DNA of 64,000 nucleotides from Ignavibacteriota bacterium (GTDB lineage: Bacteria > Bacteroidota > Ignavibacteria > Palsa-1295). Shown in pieces: positions 19,888-30,322 of this stretch (its first letter is position 1; each line of letters starts with the position of its first letter). The stretch is taken from the NCBI GenBank assembly GCA_963787835.1, contig CAWBEI010000002.1, forward strand, positions 768,001 to 832,000. Direction: 5' to 3'. Below the pieces are notes generated by a model. It was not told the DNA's origin. It did not search any database and saw only the letters and a program-made list of their open reading frames with translations. The position numbers and the translations under genes are program-made.

Positions 19888-19917
19888 ACCTCTCTCCGCG
19901 GTCGGGGAGAGGTCTTT
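19888..19917 (+). terminator. Probable intrinsic terminator
   Basis: acctctctccg-cggt-cggggagaggt followed by cttt, shortly after the stop codon. Confidence 0.55.
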
Positions 19918-20092
19918 CGCGTAACAATTTCTTAAGCTGGAATTCATGGTTGCGGTGGGAATCCATTGCGATAAAATGTGTTTGGTTGACGTTAGTTTTG
20001 CAAACTTTTCACGCTAATTTTCGTTGGTTGGCGTCCGGGCTGTTACAATGCCCCTATCCTGCCATTGGGAGTTAGATAATACACTTTTTCTT

Positions 20093-21277
20093 ATGCTCAA
20101 TAAAAATCATTTTCTTCGCGCAAGCTTGTTTCTGAGCCTTGTCGCCGTATCATTCACGTTATGGAGCTGCGACCAAAGCGGCTCCCCCTCATCATCGGGC
20201 ACTATGCCCTCATCCGTCGGCGCGGCTGCCATTCCTGCTGCTATTCAGAGCAAATGGTCGAACGAGCCGGTATTCGTGCAGAATGCTATCGGCGTTCAGG
20301 GCCGTCATGAGGACGATCTGCTTGCCATCCCCGGTGTTATCGGCGATGGCGTAGGTCTGGATAAGACGAACCCCAACGCCGCCGTGATCCTCGTGTTCAC
20401 GAGCCGCAACGGTGTTGAGGGTATTCCTGCCTCGCTCGAAGGCGTTAACACGCAGGTCACCATGGTTGGCAACGTTACCGCCCATGCGTTCACCGGAACC
20501 TATAGCGACCCGCTGCCCTGCGGCGTGACCATCGGCCCGGATAACGAATGCGCATCCGGCTCCATTGGTGCGCTTGTGACCAGCACGCTCACCAAGAGCG
20601 GTACTTCCACGTACGGCGGTTCGATGACGGTCTATACCAACCAGTACTCCTGGGGCTCAACTACCCCAGTCTATATGCTGAGCTGCAATCACGTGTTCGC
20701 TGGCGAGAACAGCGCCGTGAAATACGAGCAAGCCGATCAGCCCGGCCGCTACGATGTAAGCTGCAATGCATCGAACGCCGTTGGCAAGCTTCACTCCTGG
20801 AATTTTATCAACCACACGCGAAATTCCTCAAACTATTACGATTGTGCGCTCGCAGAGTGCAATCCAAATCTTCCCGGTGGCTGGACACCTGCCATGCTCT
20901 CCGATGCCTCGACCACCCCGTACACACTTTCGTACACGCCATCGAACAGCGTGGTCGCGCCTGCCCTGAATATGGCCATCAAGAAGACGGGTCGTACCAC
21001 CGGGTATAACACTGCGACGATCGCAGGCATCAATGTGACGATCACGGTTGGTTACACGAACTTTACCGCAAAGTTCATCGATCAGATCTACGTGGCTAAC
21101 GGAACCTATATCGAAGCCGGCGACAGCGGCTCGATGTCCGTCGAGAACAGCGCTACCGGAACCAACAACGATCCCGTCGGCCTTGATTTTGCCGGAAGTT
21201 CCACGTCCTGCTTCATGAACCGCATGGATCACATTGCGCACGATTTCGGCCTCTCCTTCGTGCAGAGCGGATTCTAA
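20093..21277 (+). CDS. Lipoprotein trypsin-like (Nal1-like, clan PA) serine protease with an N-terminal domain
   Basis: Lipobox LWSC; catalytic His (LSCNHVFA), Asp (DCALA) and Ser (GDSGS); QPG and KKTGRTTG motifs. Start placed at ATG 20093. Confidence 0.85.
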   Translation: MLNKNHFLRASLFLSLVAVSFTLWSCDQSGSPSSSGTMPSSVGAAAIPAAIQSKWSNEPVFVQNAIGVQGRHEDDLLAIPGVIGDGVGLDKTNPNAAVILVFTSRNGVEGIPASLEGVNTQVTMVGNVTAHAFTGTYSDPLPCGVTIGPDNECASGSIGALVTSTLTKSGTSTYGGSMTVYTNQYSWGSTTPVYMLSCNHVFAGENSAVKYEQADQPGRYDVSCNASNAVGKLHSWNFINHTRNSSNYYDCALAECNPNLPGGWTPAMLSDASTTPYTLSYTPSNSVVAPALNMAIKKTGRTTGYNTATIAGINVTITVGYTNFTAKFIDQIYVANGTYIEAGDSGSMSVENSATGTNNDPVGLDFAGSSTSCFMNRMDHIAHDFGLSFVQSGF

Positions 21278-21391
21278 CCGCAGTGGTTTTCTAAGTTTTT
21301 TAATCACTACTTGCAAACAAGCGCCTCTGCAGTGCGATACCGATCGCGGCAGGGGCCTTGTTATTTTATAGGGTTCCAACTTGTTATTGAG

Positions 21392-21724
21392 ATGATAAAA
21401 TTTCGCTGGTTATCCATCCCCTTATTGCTTGGAGCATGCGCTCCGAAGCCAGCGAATCAGCAATCTTCGATCGCAGATACAACCCAAATTGCGCAACCTG
21501 TGTCCGATTCCCTAAAACCCATCGCTGAAGTCCTCGCCGAGCATACCTCTGCATGGATGAAGCTCCCCGGCGTAACAGGAACCGGCGAAGGACTGAAAGA
21601 TGGCAAACCCGCCATCCTCATCTTTGTCGATTCGCTTACCGATAGCGTAAGATCCCAATTGCCGCAGACGTCGGAGGGGTATCCGGTGGTGATAAAAGAG
21701 ACGGGGATAATCCGAGCAAGATAA
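21392..21724 (+). CDS. Small lipoprotein homologous to the N-terminal domain of the upstream protease
   Basis: Lipobox LGAC. LPGVTGTGEG..AILIFV..LPQTSEGYPVVIKETGIIRA aligns with IPGVIGDGVG..VILVFT..IPASLEGVNTQVTMVGNVTA. Confidence 0.75.
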   Translation: MIKFRWLSIPLLLGACAPKPANQQSSIADTTQIAQPVSDSLKPIAEVLAEHTSAWMKLPGVTGTGEGLKDGKPAILIFVDSLTDSVRSQLPQTSEGYPVVIKETGIIRAR

Positions 21725-21753
21725 GTGTTCTTTTTTGAAACTCTTTTTCAAAT

Positions 21754-22929
21754 ATGAAACGAAGTGTCTCTGTCATCGCAGCCGCCATTATTCTTGCTCT
21801 TCTATATTCTCATGACGTAAACGCACAATGGGAACGCGTATCATCGTTCTCATTTAATTCCATTGCATTCAATGGATCAAACTGGTTCGGAGCGGGTCAA
21901 GATAGCGGTGGTAGTGTCTTTCGTTCGACCGATCAAGGTGTAAATTGGATCGAATCGGATTCAGGCATAGCAAACCCCGGTCTCATTGATCTATATGTTA
22001 ACACCGTAGTGATCAATGGAACGAATATTTTCGCTTCATCCTTGGGCGGAGGAGTATATCTATCGACCAATGATGGTGCGACATGGACTACCAGAAATGT
22101 TGGCCTCGGAGACAGTTTGACGGAGGATATGCTGCTGGTCGGCAATCATCTCTTTGTGAGTACCGATGATAGTGGGGCGTATCGATCAACCGATAGCGGC
22201 GCCACGTGGGTTTCCATTAATAATGGCTTGATGACCCCAGATGCACTTGTGTTTGCTTCAAACGGCTCCGATCTTTTTGTAGGGACCTATGATCAAGGCG
22301 TTTTTCGCTCAACGAATGAAGGAACGAGCTGGGAACCTGCCAACCATGGAATCGAGTCACTGGATATTCTCACCATTGCGATCGGAGATTCTGCCGTATG
22401 GGCTGGGACATATTACGGGGTCTTTCGATCTACCGATCAAGGCACGACCTGGAATTCTGTGACGAACGATTTATCTGATAGCGAAATTCTCGAAATTGAA
22501 GTGGTCGGAACAAATATATTCATTGGTACAGATGCCAGTGGTGTTTTCAGATCAAGTGACAATGGTGAACATTGGACCGCCGTTAATACTGGCTTTACAG
22601 ACTCCAACATGGTACTCCTTACCGTCATTGATTCAGATCTTTATGCGTCGACTTATTCTGCTTTTTGGCGCAGACCCCTCTCAGATTTTGGGATCGCTGC
22701 TTCTGTTAATTCTGCTCACACATCAGACTTGACTCTCACCGCATACCCAAATCCGGCAACCAGCATTCTCAACTTCGAATCGTCAGGCGGAGTAATCTCC
22801 CTTTGCGATCCCCTTGGCCGCACCTACGACGTACATCAAACCAGCAACACGCTCGATGTTTCCTCGCTTCCCTCCGGTGTATATTTCGTAAGCGATGGGC
22901 ATTCGCGAACGAAATTCGTAAAAGAGTAA
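21754..22929 (+). CDS. BNR/Asp-box beta-propeller protein with T9SS sorting domain
   Basis: Repeated GVFRSTDxGxTW motifs; signal peptide; C-terminal YPNPA...LPSGVYF...KFVKE. Confidence 0.85.
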   Translation: MKRSVSVIAAAIILALLYSHDVNAQWERVSSFSFNSIAFNGSNWFGAGQDSGGSVFRSTDQGVNWIESDSGIANPGLIDLYVNTVVINGTNIFASSLGGGVYLSTNDGATWTTRNVGLGDSLTEDMLLVGNHLFVSTDDSGAYRSTDSGATWVSINNGLMTPDALVFASNGSDLFVGTYDQGVFRSTNEGTSWEPANHGIESLDILTIAIGDSAVWAGTYYGVFRSTDQGTTWNSVTNDLSDSEILEIEVVGTNIFIGTDASGVFRSSDNGEHWTAVNTGFTDSNMVLLTVIDSDLYASTYSAFWRRPLSDFGIAASVNSAHTSDLTLTAYPNPATSILNFESSGGVISLCDPLGRTYDVHQTSNTLDVSSLPSGVYFVSDGHSRTKFVKE

Positions 22930-22937
22930 GCAGCAAT

Positions 22938-22975
22938 AAAAAACGAGTGACGGGCTTTCGCCCATCACTCGTTTT
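22938..22975. terminator. Bidirectional intrinsic terminator
   Basis: aaaaaacgagtgacgggc-tttc-gcccatcactcgtttt between convergent genes. Confidence 0.75.
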
Positions 22976-22994
22976 CGTAAAACTTGAGCTATGC

Positions 22995-24068
22995 TTATTT
23001 CGCGGCTGGAGCGGGAGCTGAACTAAGCTCGGCGGCAACGGCTGCGGCAGCAGATTGCGGGATCGGCGCATAATAGAGCGCTTTGCAATCGGCCTGTCCC
23101 TTGGTGGTGATGAAAGAAATGAATTTCTTTACGGCCTCGCCCTTCGGTGAATCCTTCCAGGTGATGATCCAGCTAAACCCGGTGATCGGGTAGCCTTGCG
23201 GAGCGGAGGTATTGGTGATCATCGAGGTCATGTTATCCGGCATTGGGAATGCTTCGGCTGCAGCAGCGGCGCCATCGACGCTCGGAGCAATGAAATTACC
23301 GGAAGCATTCTGGACGCTCGCATACGTGATCTTATTTTGCTCGGCATACGCAAGTTCCACATAACCGATGGAATTATCGTGCTGCTGGAGCACACCGGCA
23401 ACACCGGCATTGCCCTTACCGCCAACGCCGCCTTCGGGCCAGTTGACCGTCTTGCCAGCGCCGATCTTGGATTTCCAATCCGGGCTGACCTTCGAAAGAT
23501 AATCCGTGAAGATAGCAGTCGTTCCAGAACCGTCAGAGCGGTGAGCTGTGAAGATCTTCTCGTGCGGGAGTTTCATGTCTGCATTCTGGCTCTTGATGGC
23601 CTTATCGTCCCACATGGTGATCTTGCCAAGGAAAATACCGGCGATCGCATCGGGAGTGAGTTTGAGGCCGCTCGAAAGACCCTTGACATTATACGCCACG
23701 CATACCGCACCGATAACAGCCGGCACATGAATGACGGGAGCTTTTGCGCGGGCAAGTTCATCAGCGTTCATCGGAGCGTCCGAACCGGCGAAATCGACGG
23801 TGTGGTCGATCAGGTTATTGATACCAGCGCCAGAACCTACGGCCTGATAATTAATAGCGACGCTGTCCGACTTCTGGTATTCCGATGCCCAGTTGGTCAT
23901 GATCGGATTGATGAAGGTCGAACCGGCACCGGTGAGGGAATTCGAGTTGGCCGCTGCGGTCGAATCCGCGCTGCTACCCGATTTTCCGCCGCAGCTCACA
24001 AGCATCGAAGAAGATGCTACGAGCGCCGCAAGCAATGCGAGACTTAGAAGTGATAAACGGTTTTTCAT
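22995..24068 (-). CDS. pstS: Phosphate ABC transporter substrate-binding protein (lipoprotein copy)
   Basis: GAGSTF, YQAVGSGAG, DFAGSD, HRSDGSGTT, GKGN, IGYVE and YPITG motifs; lipobox LVSC. Confidence 0.93.
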   Translation of the reverse strand: MKNRLSLLSLALLAALVASSSMLVSCGGKSGSSADSTAAANSNSLTGAGSTFINPIMTNWASEYQKSDSVAINYQAVGSGAGINNLIDHTVDFAGSDAPMNADELARAKAPVIHVPAVIGAVCVAYNVKGLSSGLKLTPDAIAGIFLGKITMWDDKAIKSQNADMKLPHEKIFTAHRSDGSGTTAIFTDYLSKVSPDWKSKIGAGKTVNWPEGGVGGKGNAGVAGVLQQHDNSIGYVELAYAEQNKITYASVQNASGNFIAPSVDGAAAAAEAFPMPDNMTSMITNTSAPQGYPITGFSWIITWKDSPKGEAVKKFISFITTKGQADCKALYYAPIPQSAAAAVAAELSSAPAPAAK

Positions 24069-24282
24069 ATACAGAGCTAATAAAAATGAAGTGTGTCGTG
24101 AGTAAAAACTTTATGTTTGATCAGGACGAAAATGAGGGATGTAAAAAGTATTTCATCCTTACATCCCTAATCAATCATCTTCCTAAGAGGTATGCTTAGA
24201 ATGCGGGTACAAAAGGCTTTTTTACCCAATTTCCGTTCGGAAAAGTGTAATATGTTATTGTTAACAAACGGTAAGAGAATCT

Positions 24283-25420
24283 TTAAGAGCTTTTAGTATT
24301 ACCTTCAGGCTGCACATGTTCGCCTTCCACTATGCCATTCCCGATATTCACCCCAATTTTCTCATTTCCTTGAAGACCATCAAGGATCTCGATCGTTTTC
24401 CCATTATTGTTGCCAATATGGACTTCGTGAAAGCTAACCTTATCATCGGCATCCACTACTGGAACGTAGAACTTGTCTTTGCGAACGATTAACGCTTCTG
24501 ATGGTATCTCTATCTGTGCCGGAAGCGATACGCTCAGTTTAACATTTACCGTGCTCCAGGGCACGATCTTCCGATCCGCATTTGGAACCTCGATCTCGAC
24601 AAGCTGCATCCGGGTTTGAGGATCGAGCTCCCCGGTATAACGGGTGACCGATGCCTTTATAAGAAAACCCGGACGCTCAGGAAGACTTATTTCTACAGGA
24701 TCGCCTACATGAACGAACGAAGCGTATCGCTGATCGATATATACATCCACGCGAAGCCTATCCACTTGAGCAAGTGAAACGAGAGGTTGTGTGGTCGTCT
24801 CCTGATTCACAGCATTTTGAATAAGCGCCCCAGGATCGACAAATCTTCCAGTTATGCGGCCAGAGAACGGCGCTGTTATGATCTCATATCCTTTGTTCGT
24901 CTTATCTACGGCCAATGTCTGCTTCGCGATCTCGGCATCGGTTTCGCTTTGCTCGGCTGTTTCCGGAGCAATGAGTTGCTTTTTCAGCAATTGTTGATTT
25001 CGCTCGTTGATCCTCGTTTTATTCTCAAAATCGGCAAGAGCAGCAGTATATTGTTGATCGGTCTCTGGCGATTCGATTGTGGCAGAGACTCTGACCTTGC
25101 TTAACCTCATCGCCTTTATCAACAGATATGCTATGCAAATACCCGCCGATCTTAGCATAGAGTGTAGTACTCGCGTAAGGCAGCGCATCACCCTCTAATG
25201 TGATCGAGGTCTGTGCAGCGGAGCGTGTAGGGCTGATAGTTCGAATGAACGGTCCCGCCGCTGCAATGTCCGCACGGTGTGCCGTTTCCATCTCGATCTT
25301 ATTCTTTTTTGAGAATGTCAGAAGTCCGAGCACGATAACCGCACCAACAAAAATGATGACCGCGCCTACGTATAATGCAATTGGGCGCTCACTGCCAGAT
25401 TTTGAAAGCTTCACTGTCAT
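24283..25420 (-). pseudogene. RND periplasmic adaptor (MFP) split by a single-base frameshift near 25084-25090
   Basis: ORF 25025..25420 encodes the N-terminus up to VDKGDEVKQGQSL; ORF 24283..25191 continues ATIESPE...APFSGRIT in another frame (CAG AGT CTC T GCC ACA). May be an assembly error. Confidence 0.75.
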
Positions 25421-25432
25421 ACCAATATAGAT

Positions 25433-28400
25433 TTATGCTTCAACGCTAAACGAACCTTCTGGAGAATCTTCTTCGATCGCTGCATTGCTTGTTTCACCAT
25501 CGAATTGCATTCCTTGTTTTTCAGCTTGGAACCGGAGATCGAATAAGTGTTTCTGAGGTTCCTTTTTCCGAAGAATCGAATAAACAAGTGGCACAATAAA
25601 AAGCGTGGTAATGGTGGCCACAATGAGTCCGCCAATGACCGCGCGAGCCAATGGTGCATTTTGTTCGCCGCCTTCCCCGAGCGCAAGCGACATTGGTATC
25701 ATACCAACGATCATTGCCAGTGCTGTCATGAGCACCGGGCGCATTCTGGTTTTGCCAGCCTCGATCGCCGCTTCAAATGCAGAGATACCTTTCTCGACTC
25801 GAATATCATTCGCAAAGCTTACCACTAAGATCGAGTTCGATACTGCAATGCCGATCGTCATGATAGAACCCATCAGCGAAACAACATTGATTGTTGTCCC
25901 AGTAACAGCGAGCATCCAAAGAATTCCCACGAGCGCGCCGGGAACGGAGATCATTGTAATAAATGGATCGATCCATGATTGAAAGAACATCACCAGCAGC
26001 AAGAATACCAGCAGTATTGCGAGCACAATCCCAAATCCCAAACTACGGAATGAATTATTCATGACCTCATTCTGACCCAAAACAGATATTTTCATGCCAG
26101 CAGGAAGTGTACCAAGTGAGCCGATCTGTTTTTGTATGTCACTCGCCACGGATCCTAAATCCCGTCCTTCGAAGTTGGAAGTAATATCAATGACACGCTG
26201 AACAGTATGGTGATTTACCTGGCTTGGCGTCACGACAGTATTCAATGCAACAACATTCCCCAACATTTGAGCAGGAGCCTGTGCAACTTGTAACGGATTC
26301 ACCTTCTGATCACCGTGATGTACTTCTGACCCCGGTGTAATGGGTGTTCGAAGCAGATCGCTCACGGACTGCACCTTGTCGAGAGGTGTTTGAACCACGA
26401 CATTATAATTAACATTGTTCGAAGGGTTCACATAATATGATGGCGCAACCAACTGGCTCGACGACAGTGATACCAACATACTGCTTGTGACATCGCGCTC
26501 GTTGAGGCCCATGAGCGAAGCTCGTTCGCGATCAACGTTTAACCGGAGCGTCGGATAATCCAAAGCTTGCTTGATATTAACATCTGCCGTTCCTGGAACC
26601 CGTTTTACCATTTCCTTAAGGCGCACAGCATACGTAAACGCCTTATCGAGATCAGGATATTGTATCTGTATATCCAGCGGCGCCGATAGTCCGAAGTTCA
26701 GCACCTGGCTTACGATGTCCGCGGGCTGGAAATAAAAAGCGGAACCCGGAAAATCCACACTAAGCGAATCGCGCAACCGATTCATATAAAGCTGTGTCGG
26801 ATGATGATCGGGCTTCAGCGCGATCAGAAAATCCGCGTCCATACCGGCAACGTTATCCGTACTGATATAAGCGAGGTTATAGGAACTTGGCGGAACGCCG
26901 ATCATGTCATTGATCGTCCCCAGTTCATTCGCAGGAATTATCTTCCGCGCCACATCCTCCACCTGAACTGCTTCCTTTTCCGTTTCTTCGATGCGCATCC
27001 CGATCGGCGCGCGCATGTGCAGCTTCATCAAACCTGTATCTGTCGTGGGAAAGAAATCCGTCCCAATGATCGATGGAAGGAAAAATGTTAACAAAAAGAC
27101 AGTAACCGCAAAGCTTAACGCAAACTTTCCATTGCTAAGTACTTTTTCAAGTAATCGGCCATACGCATGCTGCATGCCCTGAAACGCCTTATCTCGCCGC
27201 TGATCCACTTTCTTGAAAAACGTCCCAACTCTTCCCAACCGTTTTGGAGACTCGCCAGTGTGGTGTATAAAAGACTCGTCATGATGTTTTTCTCCGGCAA
27301 GTAGGAGCCGCGATAACATCGGCACTGCGGTGGTGGTAATGATAAATGAAAAGATCATCGCCGCGACCACAAAGAGCGCCATTGGAATAAAGAGATACCT
27401 TCCCGGACCCGTGAGTAACGCGACTGGGAAAAATACTACGCAGATCGCAAGAATAGCAACGGCTGTTGGAATAAGAATTTGCTGTAAACCTGCAAGAATC
27501 GCCATCGTGAGCGGCTTACCAAGCATTCGGTTACGGTGAATATTTTCAATCGCTACAGTTGCACCATCCACCAGCATACCGATCGAAAGCGAGAGGCCGC
27601 CGAGCGTCATGATATTGATCGTGTTGCCGGTGAATTTTAGCACCATGATCGCCGCCATGACCGAAAGTGGGATCGAGGCAGATACAATAATAACACTCCG
27701 CCAGCTTCCAAGAAATAAAAGAATGAGCAAGGAAACGAGAATGGATGAGATCAGCGCTTCGCGTACTACGCCATCAATTGCAGCTTGCACAAACGTCGAT
27801 TGATCGAAATCTACTTTTACATCGAGTCCTTCCGGCGCAACGGATTTGATCTCGGGAATCATATCCTTGACTGACTGTACCACGGCAAGTGTAGATGCGT
27901 CAGCCTTTTTCAGAATTGCAATGTACGCGCCTCGTTGTCCATTGACGCGCACAATATTCGTCTGCTCCGAAAATCCATCGGAAACATGCGCTACATCGCC
28001 AAGCAATACGCTCTGCCCTCCGGACACTTTTACAGGAATTTGATTGAATCGGTCCACGGTCCTGGGGCTGGCATTGGTCGTCACGTTATATTCAACATTG
28101 CCAATACGCGCCGATCCTGCCGGCAAGATCACATTGGAGTTTTGAAGCGCCGTTACAACATCTCGCGGGGAAAGTCCGCGAGCCTCTAATGCTTTGGGAT
28201 CGATGTCAATAGAAATTTGCCGTGTCATTCCACCATACGGAGGTGGAGCAATCAGACCAGGTATCTCAAAAAGACTAATGCGAATGAAATTTCTGCCATA
28301 ATCGAATATCTTTTCCTCCGGCATCGTCTTGCTCGTAAGCGTTAGCTGCATTACGGGAACATTCGATGCATTGAATTGCAGAATGACCGGCGGTTGTATT

Positions 28401-28768
28401 CCCGGCGGCATCTGACTGATCGCCGTATTGCTCGATGCGGAGATCTGCGCTATTGCAGAGCCAATATCCGTGCCTTGCTGAAAATAGACTTTGAGGATGC
28501 CAACACCGGCTATCGACTGCGACTCTATTCGCGAAACGCCATTCACCGTCTCGGAAATTTGCCGCTCATTAATAAGCACAACCCGGCGCTCCATATCATC
28601 GGCGGAGAGACCCCGAAAATTCCATACTACGCCAACGACCGGAATATCTATCGCTGGGAATATATCAACCTGCATGCTCTCAAGGGCGATAAGGCCCATG
28701 ACAACCAGCAAAAAGCAGGTGACTGCAATGGTATATGGGCGCCGAAGCGCCATTTCAACTAACCACAT
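25433..28768 (-). CDS. RND efflux transporter permease subunit (AcrB/CusA superfamily)
   Basis: 1111 aa; ALRRPYT, DIFPAIDIP, GMLVDGATVAIENI, RMRPVLMT and PLARAVIGGL. Confidence 0.95.
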   Translation of the reverse strand: MWLVEMALRRPYTIAVTCFLLVVMGLIALESMQVDIFPAIDIPVVGVVWNFRGLSADDMERRVVLINERQISETVNGVSRIESQSIAGVGILKVYFQQGTDIGSAIAQISASSNTAISQMPPGIQPPVILQFNASNVPVMQLTLTSKTMPEEKIFDYGRNFIRISLFEIPGLIAPPPYGGMTRQISIDIDPKALEARGLSPRDVVTALQNSNVILPAGSARIGNVEYNVTTNASPRTVDRFNQIPVKVSGGQSVLLGDVAHVSDGFSEQTNIVRVNGQRGAYIAILKKADASTLAVVQSVKDMIPEIKSVAPEGLDVKVDFDQSTFVQAAIDGVVREALISSILVSLLILLFLGSWRSVIIVSASIPLSVMAAIMVLKFTGNTINIMTLGGLSLSIGMLVDGATVAIENIHRNRMLGKPLTMAILAGLQQILIPTAVAILAICVVFFPVALLTGPGRYLFIPMALFVVAAMIFSFIITTTAVPMLSRLLLAGEKHHDESFIHHTGESPKRLGRVGTFFKKVDQRRDKAFQGMQHAYGRLLEKVLSNGKFALSFAVTVFLLTFFLPSIIGTDFFPTTDTGLMKLHMRAPIGMRIEETEKEAVQVEDVARKIIPANELGTINDMIGVPPSSYNLAYISTDNVAGMDADFLIALKPDHHPTQLYMNRLRDSLSVDFPGSAFYFQPADIVSQVLNFGLSAPLDIQIQYPDLDKAFTYAVRLKEMVKRVPGTADVNIKQALDYPTLRLNVDRERASLMGLNERDVTSSMLVSLSSSQLVAPSYYVNPSNNVNYNVVVQTPLDKVQSVSDLLRTPITPGSEVHHGDQKVNPLQVAQAPAQMLGNVVALNTVVTPSQVNHHTVQRVIDITSNFEGRDLGSVASDIQKQIGSLGTLPAGMKISVLGQNEVMNNSFRSLGFGIVLAILLVFLLLVMFFQSWIDPFITMISVPGALVGILWMLAVTGTTINVVSLMGSIMTIGIAVSNSILVVSFANDIRVEKGISAFEAAIEAGKTRMRPVLMTALAMIVGMIPMSLALGEGGEQNAPLARAVIGGLIVATITTLFIVPLVYSILRKKEPQKHLFDLRFQAEKQGMQFDGETSNAAIEEDSPEGSFSVEA

Positions 28769-28927
28769 TGTGAGAACCTAAGAATGATTGACGGTAAAGA
28801 TTATTCGGTCTTTTGCTGAGAAGGTTACATTAATAATGACATTTCGGTTTCTGCTGGAATCTCAAAAAAAAGCGTGGCGCAAAATAATTGCGCCACGCTT
28901 GAGATTTCAATCTTTTCGATTATCCTC

Positions 28928-30142
28928 TTACGGGATCTTCGTGAAAAATGTAAGACGATACACCAGATCACCGGCACGAGTTGCAGCACCATTTTGTGCA
29001 TTGTAGGATGTCAACCAAACGTTCGGCTCGATGTGCAGATTGTTTTCTGGCTGATAATCAAGACCCGCCGTAGCAAAGCCTTCCTGATAATAAGCCTGGG
29101 TATATTTGGAATCGGGATTCCACATGTCATAGCGAGCGAAGTACCCAAGTGTGCTGCCAATGATCTTGCCACGAGCCCAAATGGAAAGACCGGTCGGATC
29201 CTGATCGTTGGCCGTTGCAGACTTGTTACCAGTCAAAACATAATTTTCCACTGCTGGCTGCATCACATATTCCAACCCGATTGAGCAGGGGTCGAATAGC
29301 GCTGCCGCAAAAAATTTCATGGTCATGTAGTGGGTAGAATCAGACTGGGGCATGTAATCGAAATAGGCTTCTGCTGCAAGATGATGATCGAGGAAAAAGC
29401 CATTCAGCGATGCATAATATTTTTTATACTTCGAGAAATCGGGTTTCTTGTTTGACCCGTCGCCGATCATCGCAGTGTACCCATAATCGCCGCTCTGATC
29501 GAACTTGCCACTCAACTGAATACCAAAATCGGTCGAGCTGCCAATACCGCGCATGTCCATGATCGTCTTTTCGATGGAGCGGTATGCCCAGAGATACTCA
29601 GTAAAGGGCACGAAGGTGGGTGGCGCCTGTTGACCGAAGGTTAACTTGGCGTAAGGAATCATATTCTTCCACTGCACATTCGCCATTTTCACATAAACGC
29701 CGTTCGTACCATCCGCATTGATCGGACCAGCATTGCCCGCCGCTAAGGCTGCGGTGGCATACTCCTCAGCAGGTTCATCTGCAAGCAAAACTTGCCCGGT
29801 AAAATTGCGGGTAAAATTATAATCATATCCAAAATATATTCGGCGGGCATTAAAAGCCTGATCCGTTTTGGGTGTGAGTTGATAATAACCCGGAGATACA
29901 GATTGACCTTTATATGGCTGTGTTACAGCATTGCTATCACCACTACCCTTGTAGTTGTAATCAGCAATAAGCTGGAAATTTACTTTGCCATTCGGGATAA
30001 ATGGCGTGGTGCTTGTGTCAACCGGCGATTGCGTGGCAGTCATCGACTTGATGAGTGTGGCGTTGTCCTGCGCACGTGAGGATGCGGCGAACCCAGCAAT
30101 AAAAAGTAGCGAAAAAGCGGAAAGGAGAATGAGTTTTTTCAT
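28928..30142 (-). CDS. Outer-membrane beta-barrel porin, likely phosphate-related (OprO/P-like)
   Basis: Signal peptide; FNARRIYFG, FGQQ and YRSIEKT motifs; alternating beta-strands; lies directly downstream of pstA. Confidence 0.7.
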   Translation of the reverse strand: MKKLILLSAFSLLFIAGFAASSRAQDNATLIKSMTATQSPVDTSTTPFIPNGKVNFQLIADYNYKGSGDSNAVTQPYKGQSVSPGYYQLTPKTDQAFNARRIYFGYDYNFTRNFTGQVLLADEPAEEYATAALAAGNAGPINADGTNGVYVKMANVQWKNMIPYAKLTFGQQAPPTFVPFTEYLWAYRSIEKTIMDMRGIGSSTDFGIQLSGKFDQSGDYGYTAMIGDGSNKKPDFSKYKKYYASLNGFFLDHHLAAEAYFDYMPQSDSTHYMTMKFFAAALFDPCSIGLEYVMQPAVENYVLTGNKSATANDQDPTGLSIWARGKIIGSTLGYFARYDMWNPDSKYTQAYYQEGFATAGLDYQPENNLHIEPNVWLTSYNAQNGAATRAGDLVYRLTFFTKIP

Positions 30143-30242
30143 TGTAAATTAGTAAGAATGAGCGAATTTACGGCTTTAGATTAAGAAATCATTTATTCGG
30201 GATCACCAAATCGCAGCCACATGCATAATCTGTTACGCGACA

Positions 30243-30290
30243 CAAAAATACACGTTTTAATGTTATCAAATCGTTACGCCTTGGTTATCA
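30243..30290 (-). promoter_or_regulatory. Putative promoter (TAnnTTTG element) with three 11-bp-periodic Pho-box-like repeats
   Basis: Minus-strand TATTTTTG at 30250-30243; plus-strand GTTA at 30262, 30273 and 30284. Confidence 0.55.
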
Positions 30291-30322
30291 GTAAGATAAT
30301 CTTCCGTTCGAAAACAGCAGTT

